NCBI GenBank assembly: GCA_035416785.1
Contig: DAOLNX010000004.1
Coordinates: 1-57,853, forward strand
Origin: Smithellaceae bacterium
GTDB lineage: Bacteria; Desulfobacterota; Syntrophia; Syntrophales; Smithellaceae
Length of the DNA: 57,853 nt
Direction of reading: 5' to 3'
Below the pieces are notes generated by a model. The model made no database searches. It saw only the letters and a list, made by a program, of their open reading frames with translations, and was not told where the DNA came from. Below are positions 17,090 through 28,189 of this stretch, piece by piece. Made by a program: the position numbers and the translations under genes. Within the stretch, counting starts at the first letter, position 1, and every line of letters starts with the position of its first letter.

Positions 17090-18873
17090 GCAGGGGGGCA
17101 CAACCTTTGAAGAAGCAATTAATGTCCGGAAATGAAGCCATTGCACGCGGTGTCTATGAAGCGGGTGTTCGTTTTGCCGCTGCCTATCCTGGCACACCCA
17201 GCACGGAAATCATGGAAGAATTTGCGAAATATGAAAATGTCTACGCGGAATGGGCACCTAATGAAAAAGTCGCGGTCGAAGTGGCTATCGGGGCCGCCCT
17301 GGGAGGGGCGAAAGCGCTGGCCGTGATGAAACATGTTGGCGTAAATGTCGCCGCCGACCCGATTTTTACCGTTAGTTACACGGGTATCCAGGGAGCATTG
17401 GTGATTATCAGCGCGGATGATCCTTCGATGCACAGTTCGCAAAACGAGCAGGATAACCGCAACTACGCCAAATTTGCTAAAATACCCATGTTGGAACCGG
17501 CGGACCCTCAAGAAGCCAAGGAATTTGTCAAGCTGGCTTTCAAAATCAGTGAGCAATTCGATACGCCGGTCTTTGTGCGCACAACAACAAGAGTGGCTCA
17601 TTCCAAATCTGTGGTTCTTCTCTCCGAGCTGGAGCCTGCTGAAGACAAAACCACCCTCACGCGACATGCGGAAAAATATGTCATGGTTCCCGTGGTTGCC
17701 AGACACCGCCGGATCGAAGTTGAAAAACGCCAGCATGCCTTAAAAAAGTTTGCGGAAAGTTTTCCTGAAAATAAAATGGAAATTTTAAATCCGGATGTCG
17801 GTATTATTACTGCCGGCATGCCTTATAATTACGCAAAGGATGTTTTTCCGGATTTTTCATATCTTAAATTGGGCATGGTGCATCCACTTCCCGAAAAGAT
17901 GATCCGGCATTTTGCTGCTCAAGTGAAAAAAATCTATGTTATTGAAGAGCTTGACCCCTATCTGGAAGAGCAGATCAAAGCCATGGGTATTGCCGTCACC
18001 GGCAAGGAAATTTTTCCCTATACGAATGAATTTCATCCCGGCATTATCAGAGACGCCATCTTTCAGGAAAAATCGGGCGCGATTTCTCCCTATCAGGATT
18101 CCCTGGCTGCACGTCCTCCCAATCTCTGTCCAGGATGTCCGCATCGGGGGTTATTTTACGCGCTGAAAAAATCCAAGGCATATGTTCACGGCGATATCGG
18201 TTGCTATACCCTTTCCTATTTGAAGCCGCTTGAAGGTTTGCATTCCTGCATTTGCATGGGAGCCAGTATCGGCATGGCCCACGGTATGAGCAAAGCCTTG
18301 AAAGAAAAAGGAAAAGGAAAGGTCGTCGGCGTGATCGGCGATTCCACGTTTCTTCATTCCGGCATCACGCCTCTTCTGAACATGGCCTATAACCACAGTG
18401 ATGCCCTGATTATCATTCTGGACAACAGTACAACCGCCATGACCGGTATGCAGGAACATCCGGGCACCGGTTACACACTGATGAAAAACGAAGCCAAAAA
18501 AGTGAATCTGAATGTTTTGGTTTCCGCGCTGGGTATTGAAAATATCAAGGTGATCGATCCCAACAACATCAAAGAAACCCAGCATGCAATTAAAGAGGAA
18601 CTCGAAAGTTCCGGCCCATCCGTCATTATTGCCCAGAGTCCATGCGTTCTGTTTAAACGATCCCATATCAAACCGGCAAGAGCTCTGACCATTGATCCCG
18701 ACAAATGCGAAGGATGTAAAGTTTGTCTGACGCTGAATTGTCCACCCATCTCCTGGAAAAATGGAATGACTCGGGAAGGATCCAATCGCAAAGGGATTGC
18801 CGTGATAGATGAGACATTATGTAATGGTTGCGGGTTGTGTTCTCAAGTATGCAAATATGAAGCGATTTCTTAA
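17086..18873 (+). CDS. iorA: indolepyruvate:ferredoxin oxidoreductase subunit alpha
   Basis: 595 aa. 'SGNEAIARGVYEAGV', TPP motif 'GDSTFLHSG', and two C-terminal 4Fe-4S motifs ('CEGCKVCLTLNCP', 'CNGCGLCSQVC'). Start is TTG 17086 or ATG 17122. Confidence 0.85.
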   Translation: MSRGAQPLKKQLMSGNEAIARGVYEAGVRFAAAYPGTPSTEIMEEFAKYENVYAEWAPNEKVAVEVAIGAALGGAKALAVMKHVGVNVAADPIFTVSYTGIQGALVIISADDPSMHSSQNEQDNRNYAKFAKIPMLEPADPQEAKEFVKLAFKISEQFDTPVFVRTTTRVAHSKSVVLLSELEPAEDKTTLTRHAEKYVMVPVVARHRRIEVEKRQHALKKFAESFPENKMEILNPDVGIITAGMPYNYAKDVFPDFSYLKLGMVHPLPEKMIRHFAAQVKKIYVIEELDPYLEEQIKAMGIAVTGKEIFPYTNEFHPGIIRDAIFQEKSGAISPYQDSLAARPPNLCPGCPHRGLFYALKKSKAYVHGDIGCYTLSYLKPLEGLHSCICMGASIGMAHGMSKALKEKGKGKVVGVIGDSTFLHSGITPLLNMAYNHSDALIIILDNSTTAMTGMQEHPGTGYTLMKNEAKKVNLNVLVSALGIENIKVIDPNNIKETQHAIKEELESSGPSVIIAQSPCVLFKRSHIKPARALTIDPDKCEGCKVCLTLNCPPISWKNGMTREGSNRKGIAVIDETLCNGCGLCSQVCKYEAIS

Positions 18874-18891
18874 ATCAGAAGGAACGGATGG

Positions 18892-19473
18892 ATGAGCAAG
18901 TCGGATGTGAGAAGTATGCTCCTTGCTGGAGTTGGCGGACAGGGAATTTTACGGGCCAGTGACATTCTGTGCATGGTTTTAATGGAAGTTGGTTTTGATG
19001 CCAAGAAAAGCGAAGTTCATGGCATGGCGCAGCGCGGCGGCTGCGTTACCAGTCAGGTCCGATACGGGTCAAAGGTGTATTCGCCACTGGCAGTGCCCGG
19101 AAGCGTGGAAACACTGATCGCGTTTGAGAAAATGGAATCTCTGCGATATTTGAATTATTTACATCCGGAGGCATCCGTCATTCTGAATACGGAAGAAATT
19201 TATCCTCCGGCGGTAAATATGGGAGAGACTCTTTATCCTCATGATGTTATTGGATTTTTGAATAAACATTACCAACGGGTCATTGCCCTGAATGCTGCCG
19301 AACTGGCGCAAAAAGCCGGAAATATCAAAGCGGCCAATGTTGTGCTCCTTGGCGCTGCATCCACGCTGATGGACATTGATTCCGCGGTCTGGGAAAACGT
19401 CATAAAAAAATCTTTTCCGCAAAAATTGGTCAAATTGAATTTAGATGCTTTCCAAATGGGAATTGCTGCTTAA
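18892..19473 (+). CDS. iorB: indolepyruvate:ferredoxin oxidoreductase subunit beta
   Basis: 193 aa. 'LLAGVGGQGILRASDIL...EVHGMAQRGG' is the pyruvate/ketoisovalerate oxidoreductase gamma-type domain. Directly follows iorA. Confidence 0.8.
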   Translation: MSKSDVRSMLLAGVGGQGILRASDILCMVLMEVGFDAKKSEVHGMAQRGGCVTSQVRYGSKVYSPLAVPGSVETLIAFEKMESLRYLNYLHPEASVILNTEEIYPPAVNMGETLYPHDVIGFLNKHYQRVIALNAAELAQKAGNIKAANVVLLGAASTLMDIDSAVWENVIKKSFPQKLVKLNLDAFQMGIAA

Positions 19474-19536
19474 ATTACTTCCGAAAAAAATATTTCAAAC
19501 AGCGATCAAACGGCATATCGCTGATGAAAAGAGGGA

Positions 19537-20496
19537 ATGATGGCGGAAGACTACTATCAGGTTTTGGGCGTCGAAAAGAAAGCATCGGCGGATGAAATTA
19601 AAAAAGCTTATCGTAAGCTGGCGGTCAAGTGGCATCCGGACAAAAATCCGGGCAATAAATCCGCCGAAGAAAAATTCAAGAAAATCAGCGAAGCTTATGC
19701 AGTATTAAGCGATGCAAACAAGCGTGCTCAATACGATCAGTTTGGCTCGGCTGATCAATACCGTCAGCAGTATTCGCAGGAGGATATTTTCCGGGGCTTC
19801 GATCTGGACGAGATTCTGAAAAGTTTCGGCTTTGGCGGAAGCAGGGGAGGGGGGCGGGCAACCTTCCGAACCGGTGGCGGACACAGAGCGGAAGGTGGTT
19901 TTCAGGATTTTTCCGATCCTTTCTCCGGGCTTTTTGGCGGCATGGGCGGCGGTCAGTATAGTCATGCACCTCAAAAAGGGCAGGATGCGGAGTATAACTT
20001 ATCCATTACATTGGAAGAATCCGTTCTGGGCGCAGATAAGAAAATATCTTTTCAAATGGATAACCGCATTCAGGACATTAGCGTACGGATTCCCCCCGGC
20101 ATCAGCTCCGGAAAAAAACTTCGGCTGCCGGGCAAGGGACTGGCGGGTGCCCAGGGCGGCCCCAGTGGAGATTTATATTTAAATATCAATGTCTTGCCTC
20201 ATCCCATCTTTGCCCGGGACGGAAATGATCTTTATGTGGAAAAAACGATTAAATTTTCCCAGGCGGCTTTGGGCACTTCCATCGATGTTCCCACGCTTGA
20301 TGGTTCATCAAAACGACTGAAGATTGCCCCCGGCACGCAAAACAACACAAAAATCCGCATGAAGGGTTACGGCGTTCCTGGTTTGAAAGGGGCAGCCAAG
20401 GGAGATCAATATGTCCGGATTAATATTGAAGTTCCCCGACGCTTGACCGAGAAACAAACCCGGTTGATCGAAGAACTGGCCGCGGATGGAATTTAG
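19537..20496 (+). CDS. cbpA: J-domain co-chaperone, CbpA-like (no Zn-finger)
   Basis: 'DYYQVLGV...[14 protein letters not shown]' J-domain with HPD, a G/F-rich linker, DnaJ C-terminal domains, and no CxxCxGxG repeats. Confidence 0.8.
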   Translation: MMAEDYYQVLGVEKKASADEIKKAYRKLAVKWHPDKNPGNKSAEEKFKKISEAYAVLSDANKRAQYDQFGSADQYRQQYSQEDIFRGFDLDEILKSFGFGGSRGGGRATFRTGGGHRAEGGFQDFSDPFSGLFGGMGGGQYSHAPQKGQDAEYNLSITLEESVLGADKKISFQMDNRIQDISVRIPPGISSGKKLRLPGKGLAGAQGGPSGDLYLNINVLPHPIFARDGNDLYVEKTIKFSQAALGTSIDVPTLDGSSKRLKIAPGTQNNTKIRMKGYGVPGLKGAAKGDQYVRINIEVPRRLTEKQTRLIEELAADGI

Positions 20497-21246
20497 AAGA
20501 TCGACGCTAAAAGTTTAATGAAATCGTCAAAAGAGGAGCATTTGCGTATTTAAGTCCATGACATTGAATCTCTTTTGATGTCACATCAATATTTTATGAA
20601 CATCAAGGCAGCTTCTTATGTTGTTCGTTCTTCGAAAAGTATAGTCTGAGCAAATACTGAAGGCTTATGGCCGCAATTAAACATAGTCGCTTGCTGGGGG
20701 ATTTCCTCAATGACGTTGTAAAAGAACAATACCGGGTATTCAGCAAACAGCTTTCCGTCCAGGACTGGAAAAAATTCCTTTATACTTGAGAGCTTAGAGA
20801 TTCCGTGGTATCGACCTGTAGCGAAAAAACAAGGCGAAATTAGGGCAGGTCGTCTTCAGGATACTGGCGGAAGCAAGGTATCTTAATTCGACGCGCTCGC
20901 TGAAAATCACTCCTGTTCATTTGACACCGGAGATAAGAAATTACCTTGTGGCACATAAGGAAACATATCTCCTGGAATGCATGGATGTCGGAAATGAATG
21001 AATTGCTCAAAAGCCGTCTCAATCAAATAATGGATCGCGTCAATGCCATTAACACGGTACCGGGAGAGCTATTTGCCAAGTTCCAGACCAGCTTCTACTC
21101 CGATCCGGTTGATGCCGTGTTTAAAGCGCTGGGGGTGGATTAGTGTTTGTTCCATTCCGTAGAATTCAATTTTTTGTAATTCGTATAAGATATGTTATGT
21201 AAACTTAATACAAGATATTCACCGGATCTGCCAAATTTTCTCTCTT

Positions 21247-21969
21247 TCATCTGGTAAGTTCAATATCCCCTATGGCGCCCATTTCTGGACCGAGAATAAT
21301 AATAATACCTTTTATGTCAGGAATGGTCATGCCGAATTTCAATGCTTTTCGAATGTCACTTTTGCTTTTCACTCGGTTGCCGATAGCAGAAGCGGCTGCA
21401 TCCGCCAAAGTGGCGGATTGAGAAATCACACAGACGGCGTCTGCTTTTCCGAAGCTTAATGATGGGCCGACCGTGGCGGATGATGTGCATATTCCTAAAG
21501 GCGTATCTTCCGGTTTTACAATAAGATTGACTTTATAACTTAAAGTAGATTCTCCGGCATAGACGGATACAATCAGCCTGTTTTTAGAATGAAGAAAGAT
21601 GTCTCCGCCGTTTTCGATGATGCAATTCTCTGAAAATTTCAAAAGGTCACAACCTACATATTCTGCAACGGCTCCCGCGACTGCAGCCATGGGACCAACT
21701 CCGCAAAATCTTGATTTATCTATCATATTGCGGACAATCGGTGGCGCCGTGTCATCTTTGGGAACAGGGAGAAGGGACGTCTGAAATTTCGGGTGTCTCC
21801 TGATGTAGTTTTCCAGAAAAAAACGATGTTGTTGCAATGAATGTTCAGCGTGAGAAAAAAGATTGGTGTCGGAACTTATAAAAAGATCGCTTTGTTCGAT
21901 TTTTACTTGGTATGAAACAAGATTACCTTTATTAACCAATAATCTGTATGTTCTTTCCTCATGTATCAT
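21247..21969 (-). CDS. UPF0280 (ApbE-like) family protein
   Basis: 240 aa. Overall resemblance ('RTYR..V......F.V.....DL.I...') to UPF0280 proteins as I recall them. Confidence 0.5.
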   Translation of the reverse strand: MIHEERTYRLLVNKGNLVSYQVKIEQSDLFISSDTNLFSHAEHSLQQHRFFLENYIRRHPKFQTSLLPVPKDDTAPPIVRNMIDKSRFCGVGPMAAVAGAVAEYVGCDLLKFSENCIIENGGDIFLHSKNRLIVSVYAGESTLSYKVNLIVKPEDTPLGICTSSATVGPSLSFGKADAVCVISQSATLADAAASAIGNRVKSKSDIRKALKFGMTIPDIKGIIIILGPEMGAIGDIELTR

Positions 21970-21993
21970 ATTATAGATAATGCCTGAGGCGTG

Positions 21994-24900
21994 TCAACAA
22001 TATATCGTACTCCCCTCACCCAGGATTTCATCGACTTCTCTTTGCAACCTGTCACAAATATCAAGTCGATGCTCATCTCCAAGACGGACAATGGTTTCAC
22101 TTTTTGCATTACGGATGTGAATAAAGCATTCGTATTTTCCCTTATATTTACTGATCGTTTCATTCAGCAATAAAATTCTGTCCGGAGAAACTTTTTCAGA
22201 ATTAACCATAAATCGAACCTGCTTGTACGGATTTTCCAGGGCTTTGCTCAAAGGAATGACCTCTTGGGCAATAATTTTAACAGACTCGTCTCCCACATCC
22301 GTGATTCCCTGAATGACAACCGGTTCATCGGCATGAAGCAGATCGTGAAATTTTTTATAAATATCCGGCCAGAAGATCACGTTGACGGATCCCTGCAAAT
22401 CTTCCAGGATGATATTACACATCATATCCTTTTTCTTGGTCAATCGTTCGGCAAGCGAGCTGACGACACCGGCGATCGTCACGATATCTTTATCTTTTTT
22501 TGATATTAAGGTCGACGTGTTGGCATTGGCCACCAGTTTCAGTTTGTCGGCCAAACCATGAAGCGGGTGACCGGTGATATAAAAACCGAGAGTGTCTTTT
22601 TCTATTGAGAGAAGTTCCTTTTTTTCCCATTCAGGAAGATTGGGAATTTGAAAGGAAGCAGCCTGGATGGTTTTTGATGTTTCCTGGGAATCTAACTGGT
22701 CAAAAATACTTGCCTGGTTACTGGATAACTCCTTCTGCTTGCGTTGTGCCTCTTCCATTGCGGCATCCAGGCATTCCATCAGCTGGCGTCTTTTGTTGCC
22801 TAGAGAATCAAAAGCCCCGCATTTAATCAGGCTTTCAATGACCCGACGGTTTACTTTGCGCAAGTCAACCCGGCATAAAAAGTCCATAAAAGATGTAAAT
22901 TTTGCCTCTTCGCGCATGGCGATAATGGATTCAATGGCTCCTTCGCCTACATTTTTCACGGCAGCCATGCCAAACCGGATGTTTTCACCACAAATACTGA
23001 AGTCCTTTTGCGATTCATTGATGTCCGGAGGCAAAATATTAATGCCCATTTCCTTGCAGTTGGACATGTGTTTGATAATTTTGTCGCGGTTATCTTTTTC
23101 GCTGGTCAGAAGCGCCGCCATGAAGGCGACGGGATAATGAGCCTTGAGATAGGCCGTCTGATAGGTGATGATGGCATACGCGGCACTGTGCGATTTGTTG
23201 AAGCCATAGGAGGCAAATTTCTCCATGTGATCCCAGATGTTTTTTGCTTTGATTTCATTGATTTTTTGCTTTTTAGCGCCATCAAGAAATCTGGGCTTCT
23301 CTTTGTCCATTTCCGCAACTTGTTTTTTGCCCATGACTTTGCGTAGCGTATCGGCCTGGGCCATGGTGTAGCCGCCAATGGCGTTGGCAATCTGCATGAC
23401 CTGTTCCTGATACAGAATAATGCCGTATGTTTCCTTGAGAATCGGCTCCAGCTGGGGAAGTTCATAGGTGATTTGCTGTTTGCCATGTTTGCGGGCGATG
23501 AAATCAGGAATCATTTGCATGGGACCTGGACGATATGCCGCAATTAAAGCGATGACATCTTCGATCCGATCCGGTTTGAAATTCACCAGCAGATCTTTCA
23601 TGCCGGAGCTTTCCAACTGAAAGACGCCATCGGTTTCGCCTTTCATCAGTAACTGATAGGTTTCTGAATCATCTAGCGGCAGGTCATTGATGTTTATGTC
23701 GATTCCGCGGGAATTCTTTATAAAATTCAAAGTATTACGAATAACCGTCAGTGTTTTCAAACCCAAAAAGTCGAATTTGGTCAATCCGACCGCTTCGATG
23801 TCTTTCATGGAATATTGCGAGACAATATCATCCTTTGGCGAAAATAAAGGTACGCGCTGAATCAGTGGAACGTCCGAAATAACGACTCCGGCGGCGTGAA
23901 CGGATGAATGGCGATTGAGACCCTCCAGAATCAGCGAAAGGGAAAGGAGCTTGTCAATTTGAGGGTTTTTCTTACGTTCCTCATCGAATCTGGGTTCCAT
24001 TTTAAACGCTTCCGCAAGGGTAATATTTAGGACATTGGGCACCAGTTTGGCAATTCGGTCCACTTCACCATAGGGAATTGCCAAAGCCCGGCCCACATCG
24101 CGGATAACTCCCTTGGCCAGCATTTTTCCAAAGGTGCAGATTTGCGTGACTTTGTCTTTTCCGTACTTGTCTGTGACGTATTTGATGATTTCTCCGCGCC
24201 GTTCTTGGCAAAAATCAATGTCGATGTCCGGCATGGAGATGCGATCGGGATTCAGAAAACGTTCAAAAAATAGTCCATAGCGCAAAGGGTCAATGTCGGT
24301 GATGCGGATGGCGTATGCCACAAGTGAACCGGCGGCGGAACCGCGCCCGGGACCGACCGGCACATCATTGTGCTTGGCATGCTTGATGAAATCAGAAACA
24401 ATGAGAAAATAGCCTGCAAATCCCATTTTGTTGATCATGCCCAGTTCGTAACGGAGGCGTTTGTTATATCTTTCCCGGATGGCGGTTTCATCTTCTTTCC
24501 AGAATTTTAATATCGTCGGCATGAGCTTTTCCAGACCGGACACCGCCTTACGTTCAAGATAATCTTCAAGGGATTCTTCAGGATTTTTTACTACAAATTT
24601 AGGAAGATAGAACTTTCCAAAATCAAAGGACAAATTGCAGCGTTCAGCGATGCGTACGGTGTTATCGAGCGCTTCCGGAACGACGGCGAAAAGCGACTGC
24701 ATTTCTTCAGGAGATTTGACATAAAACTGATTGGAAGCCATGCCCATTCGATCATGGTCTTCGACAGTCTTGCCCGTCTGAATGCACAAAAGGACATTGT
24801 GCGCCTCGGCATGATCGGCATTCAGATAATGGCAGTCGTTTGTGGCAACCAGAGGAATAGACAATTCCCGGCTTAATTCAACCAGTCCCTGATTGGCGAT

Positions 24901-25461
24901 TTTTTGATCTGGAAGGCCGTTTTCCATAATTTCCAGATAGAAATTGCCTTCTCCAAAAATTTCCAGATATTCCCGTGCGGAATTTCTGGCTTCATCCATA
25001 TTGCCGTGGACGATGTGAGAGGCGATTTCGCCGTGGAGACAGGCGCTGGATGCAATCAAACCGTCGCGGCATTCTCGCAACAGGGCTTTGTCCACTCGCG
25101 GGCGATAGTAAAAACCCTCCAGATGAGCCAGAGATGTCAGCTTCATCAGGTTTTTGTATCCCTGCATATTCTTTACTAAAACAACCAGATGGCGCGTGGC
25201 TTCGCCGATGGAGGAGCTGCTTTTTTCCTTCCGGCTGCCGGGTGCGACATAAAGTTCGCAACCGATAATCGGCTTGATGCCGTTGGCGTATGCCTTCTTA
25301 TAAAAATCAATGGCGCCGAACATGTTGCCGTGGTCCGTCATCGCTATGGCCGGCATTGCGTATTCTCTGGCTTTTTTAAACAGGTCGTCAAGACGAATCA
25401 TGCCGTCGAGCAAACTGTATTGCGTATGCACATGAAGATGGACGAAATTGGCATGCTTCAT
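21994..25461 (-). CDS. dnaE: DNA polymerase III subunit alpha
   Basis: 1155 aa. PHP domain 'FVHLHVHTQYSLLDG', 'GPGRGSAAGSLVAYAIRITDIDP', 'MPDIDIDF', 'FNKSHSAAYA'. Confidence 0.95.
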   Translation of the reverse strand: MKHANFVHLHVHTQYSLLDGMIRLDDLFKKAREYAMPAIAMTDHGNMFGAIDFYKKAYANGIKPIIGCELYVAPGSRKEKSSSSIGEATRHLVVLVKNMQGYKNLMKLTSLAHLEGFYYRPRVDKALLRECRDGLIASSACLHGEIASHIVHGNMDEARNSAREYLEIFGEGNFYLEIMENGLPDQKIANQGLVELSRELSIPLVATNDCHYLNADHAEAHNVLLCIQTGKTVEDHDRMGMASNQFYVKSPEEMQSLFAVVPEALDNTVRIAERCNLSFDFGKFYLPKFVVKNPEESLEDYLERKAVSGLEKLMPTILKFWKEDETAIRERYNKRLRYELGMINKMGFAGYFLIVSDFIKHAKHNDVPVGPGRGSAAGSLVAYAIRITDIDPLRYGLFFERFLNPDRISMPDIDIDFCQERRGEIIKYVTDKYGKDKVTQICTFGKMLAKGVIRDVGRALAIPYGEVDRIAKLVPNVLNITLAEAFKMEPRFDEERKKNPQIDKLLSLSLILEGLNRHSSVHAAGVVISDVPLIQRVPLFSPKDDIVSQYSMKDIEAVGLTKFDFLGLKTLTVIRNTLNFIKNSRGIDININDLPLDDSETYQLLMKGETDGVFQLESSGMKDLLVNFKPDRIEDVIALIAAYRPGPMQMIPDFIARKHGKQQITYELPQLEPILKETYGIILYQEQVMQIANAIGGYTMAQADTLRKVMGKKQVAEMDKEKPRFLDGAKKQKINEIKAKNIWDHMEKFASYGFNKSHSAAYAIITYQTAYLKAHYPVAFMAALLTSEKDNRDKIIKHMSNCKEMGINILPPDINESQKDFSICGENIRFGMAAVKNVGEGAIESIIAMREEAKFTSFMDFLCRVDLRKVNRRVIESLIKCGAFDSLGNKRRQLMECLDAAMEEAQRKQKELSSNQASIFDQLDSQETSKTIQAASFQIPNLPEWEKKELLSIEKDTLGFYITGHPLHGLADKLKLVANANTSTLISKKDKDIVTIAGVVSSLAERLTKKKDMMCNIILEDLQGSVNVIFWPDIYKKFHDLLHADEPVVIQGITDVGDESVKIIAQEVIPLSKALENPYKQVRFMVNSEKVSPDRILLLNETISKYKGKYECFIHIRNAKSETIVRLGDEHRLDICDRLQREVDEILGEGSTIYC

Positions 25462-25467
25462 GATTAG

Positions 25468-26928
25468 CTAATCAATCCAATAGTTTGGCGCTTCTTTGGT
25501 AATAATGACATCATGGACATGGCTTTCGCGCAGACCGGCGGAAGTAATCCGGACAAAACGTGATTTTACAATCAGTTCTGGAATGGTTCTGCAACCGACA
25601 TAACCCATGCCGGCTTTTAATCCTCCAATGAGTTGAACAAGGCTGGCGGATAGTGAACCGCGGAAAGGCACCCTTCCCTCAATTCCTTCGGGAACGGTTT
25701 TTGCCGGTGCTTCGATGTCATCCTGGTAGTAACGATCACGGCTTCCCATTTTCATCGCTTCCAGCGACCCCATGCCACGATAAACTTTATAGCTGCGCCC
25801 CTGGAAAAGGATCGTTTCCCCAGGGCTTTCTTCCGTTCCGGCAAACAGTCCTCCAATCATCACAACGTGGGCGCCGCAGCCCAGGGCCTTGACAATATCT
25901 CCCGAATACTTGATGCCGCCGTCGGCAACCACCGGTATGCCTTTTTGCGCAGCAACTTTATAAACGTCTCTGATGGCAGACATTTGCGGTACGCCAACTC
26001 CGGCCACAATGCGCGTAGTGCAGATGGAACCAGGCCCGACGCCTACTTTTACCGCATCAACCCCCGCATCCATAAGCGCCTTGGCTCCTTCGGAGGTTGC
26101 CACATTTCCGGCAATCACCTGGCATTTGGGGAAATTATTTTTGGTGGATTTGATGGCGTCAAGAACACCCGAGGAATGACCATGGGACGTATCGATCGCA
26201 ATCACATCGACCCCCGCCGCCAGCAAGGCCTCGATACGGGGTTCCCGGTCAATAATTCCCACGGCGGCACCCACTCGCAAACGTCCCAGCGAGTCTTTGC
26301 AGGCGTTGGGATACCGCCGGATTTTTTCAATATCCTTAATCGTTATGAGGCCTTTCAGGCGGTTTTCATCATCAACCACCAGAAGTTTTTCAATGCGGTG
26401 CTTGTGGAGCAGCTTTTTGGATTCTTCCAGGGAAATGCTTGATTTAACGGTTACCAGATTGTCTTTCGTCATGACGTTGGCAACCGGCTGATCCAGGTTT
26501 TCCTCAAAACGTAAATCACGATTGGTCAAAATACCCACGAGTTGCTGGTTTTTGACCACCGGCACGCCTGATATGGAGTATTGATGCATTAAGGCCAGAG
26601 CATCTTTGACTTTCTGCTCTGGTTCGATGGTAATCGGATCCACCACCATGCCGCTTTCCGACTTTTTTACGCGGTCCACTTCTATGGCCTGACGTTCAAT
26701 GCTCATGTTGCGATGAATAAAGCCCATGCCGCCCTCCTGAGCCATGCAGATGGCGGTGCGCGATTCTGTTACCGTATCCATGGCCGCCGAGACAATGGGA
26801 ATATTCAATGTGATGCTCTGGGTCAACAACGTGGATGTGTTTACATCTCGCGGCAAAACGTCGGAATCGGCAGGAACTAAGAGCAGATCGTCAAAAGTCA
26901 AGGATTCTTTTACTACATCGTCGAGCAT
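25468..26928 (-). CDS. guaB: IMP dehydrogenase
   Basis: 486 aa. '[10 protein letters not shown]', a CBS pair, the catalytic loop '[20 protein letters not shown]', and 'GSLEAM'. Confidence 0.95.
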   Translation of the reverse strand: MLDDVVKESLTFDDLLLVPADSDVLPRDVNTSTLLTQSITLNIPIVSAAMDTVTESRTAICMAQEGGMGFIHRNMSIERQAIEVDRVKKSESGMVVDPITIEPEQKVKDALALMHQYSISGVPVVKNQQLVGILTNRDLRFEENLDQPVANVMTKDNLVTVKSSISLEESKKLLHKHRIEKLLVVDDENRLKGLITIKDIEKIRRYPNACKDSLGRLRVGAAVGIIDREPRIEALLAAGVDVIAIDTSHGHSSGVLDAIKSTKNNFPKCQVIAGNVATSEGAKALMDAGVDAVKVGVGPGSICTTRIVAGVGVPQMSAIRDVYKVAAQKGIPVVADGGIKYSGDIVKALGCGAHVVMIGGLFAGTEESPGETILFQGRSYKVYRGMGSLEAMKMGSRDRYYQDDIEAPAKTVPEGIEGRVPFRGSLSASLVQLIGGLKAGMGYVGCRTIPELIVKSRFVRITSAGLRESHVHDVIITKEAPNYWID

Positions 26929-26947
26929 ATTCCCTCCTGTAAATATT

Positions 26948-27409
26948 TCATAATATATTGTTATTTATAGTATATTGTTTACCGTTCAATACGAGAAAAA
27001 AAACATCCTCCGTCTCGTTGGACGAGATGAATTCCGCAAGCTGGTAATAGCTTTTTCTTGTGAAACGAGCGGAAAATTTTCCGTTTTTGATAAGGCAATA
27101 CATAACATTGTCCGCTCCTACCCGTAAACTGCTCAAATCCAGTTTTTCCCGACAGTCGTCGCTCAACAGAACTTCCAACGTTTCAACACCGCTTTCCGGA
27201 TCTGTTTCTCTGAAAACAGAGACGACGACAATGGCCGTGTCTTCAACATCCAGATAACAGGTTTCTTCTTTGATTTTGATGAAGTACTGACCGTTCTCGT
27301 CCACATGAAGATTTTCAAAAAAAATGCAAAGAATGTCTTTGCGGAACATGTGTGCGCCGCGATAATACCAGACGCCTTCTCTGTCTATTTTTATGTCGCT
27401 TAAGGCCAT
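26948..27409 (-). CDS. DUF1285-like protein
   Basis: 153 aa. '[38 protein letters not shown]....E.CYLDVED' resembles DUF1285 from recollection. Confidence 0.45.
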   Translation of the reverse strand: MALSDIKIDREGVWYYRGAHMFRKDILCIFFENLHVDENGQYFIKIKEETCYLDVEDTAIVVVSVFRETDPESGVETLEVLLSDDCREKLDLSSLRVGADNVMYCLIKNGKFSARFTRKSYYQLAEFISSNETEDVFFLVLNGKQYTINNNIL

Positions 27410-27858
27410 TAAAATGTTTTCCTGCTGTCCAGTAGTAGGGTGACCGGTCCGTTGTTGATGAATTCAATTTGCATGGTTTCCTGAAACCGTCCGGTTGCCA
27501 GTTTTTTCACCTTTGGCTTTGCCTGGCAAACCAGATATTCATAAAGCAAATTGGCTTTGGAAGGTTCTTCCGCCCGGATAAAAGAAGGCCTTCGTCCCTT
27601 CATGCAATTTCCCAGCAGTGTAAATTGCGAAACCACCATCATTTCGCCGTCAATATCCAGAAGGGAAAGATTCATTTTTTCCTGATCATCTTCAAAGATT
27701 CGCAAATTGATGGTTTTTTCCAGAATATAGTCCGCATCGGTTTCGGAATCGTCTTTCTCCACTCCAAGAAAGACAAGGATTCCCTTGTCAATCGTAGAAA
27801 ACAGCCGGGAATGAATTGTGACGGAAGCCCGGTTCACTCTCTGAATCACTGCGCGCAT
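27409..27858 (-). CDS. dtd: D-aminoacyl-tRNA deacylase
   Basis: 149 aa with 'MRAVIQRV', 'VVSQFTLLG' and 'NNGPVTLLLD'. Confidence 0.9.
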   Translation of the reverse strand: MRAVIQRVNRASVTIHSRLFSTIDKGILVFLGVEKDDSETDADYILEKTINLRIFEDDQEKMNLSLLDIDGEMMVVSQFTLLGNCMKGRRPSFIRAEEPSKANLLYEYLVCQAKPKVKKLATGRFQETMQIEFINNGPVTLLLDSRKTF

Positions 27859-28160
27859 GAAAAATTCCGTTTATAAAACTGAAAGCATGCTAGCAACAAT
27901 TCCTTCCATCTTCAAGCAATTTTCTGGAAGCCTCCAGCAGGCGGCATTTTATTGATCTTTTTGGTATATACGTTCATTGGTCTGGAAATTGATATTGCAT
28001 TTTATGCAAGGATAACTGTTTTCCATTAGAATTCGATCAACCCTTATTCTCAATACTTCTGCAAAATCTTTTGCCGTTTCAGAGAGTTCGGTTGTCTTTA
28101 CATGTTGTTTATCTTCTATTGGTGTCGCCTTTTTGCCCTTTGATATCGAACAGAGCCGCG

Positions 28161-28189
28161 GTTTGGGTTGATCTCCATGAAACCCAAAC
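28161..28189 (-). terminator. stem-loop immediately after the SWIM gene stop (possible terminator, no clear U-tract)
   Basis: Perfect 9-bp inverted repeat GTTTGGGTT / AACCCAAAC with an 11-nt loop, 2 nt beyond the TAG at 28192-28194. Confidence 0.35.

Noticed and set aside
17119-17736. Long antisense ORFs opposite well-supported genes. Examples: 17119-17736, 11295-11993, 30543-31208, 50344-50937, 25867-26442, 28816-29439, 56491-57054.
   Set aside because: Each lies wholly inside a gene with strong family motifs on the other strand, and each has a biased, low-complexity translation. These are typical shadow ORFs.
20845-20885. An SRP-RNA-like string (…GGGCAGGTCGTC…GGCGGAAGCAAGG…) in the large gap.
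   Set aside because: It lacks the conserved GGUCCGGAAGGAAGCAGC helix-8 motif, and I could not fold a plausible symmetric loop.
20949-20964. A TGGCAC hexamer, suggesting a sigma54 -24 element.
   Set aside because: The -12 position reads GAAAC rather than TTGC(A/T). No gene follows at an appropriate distance.
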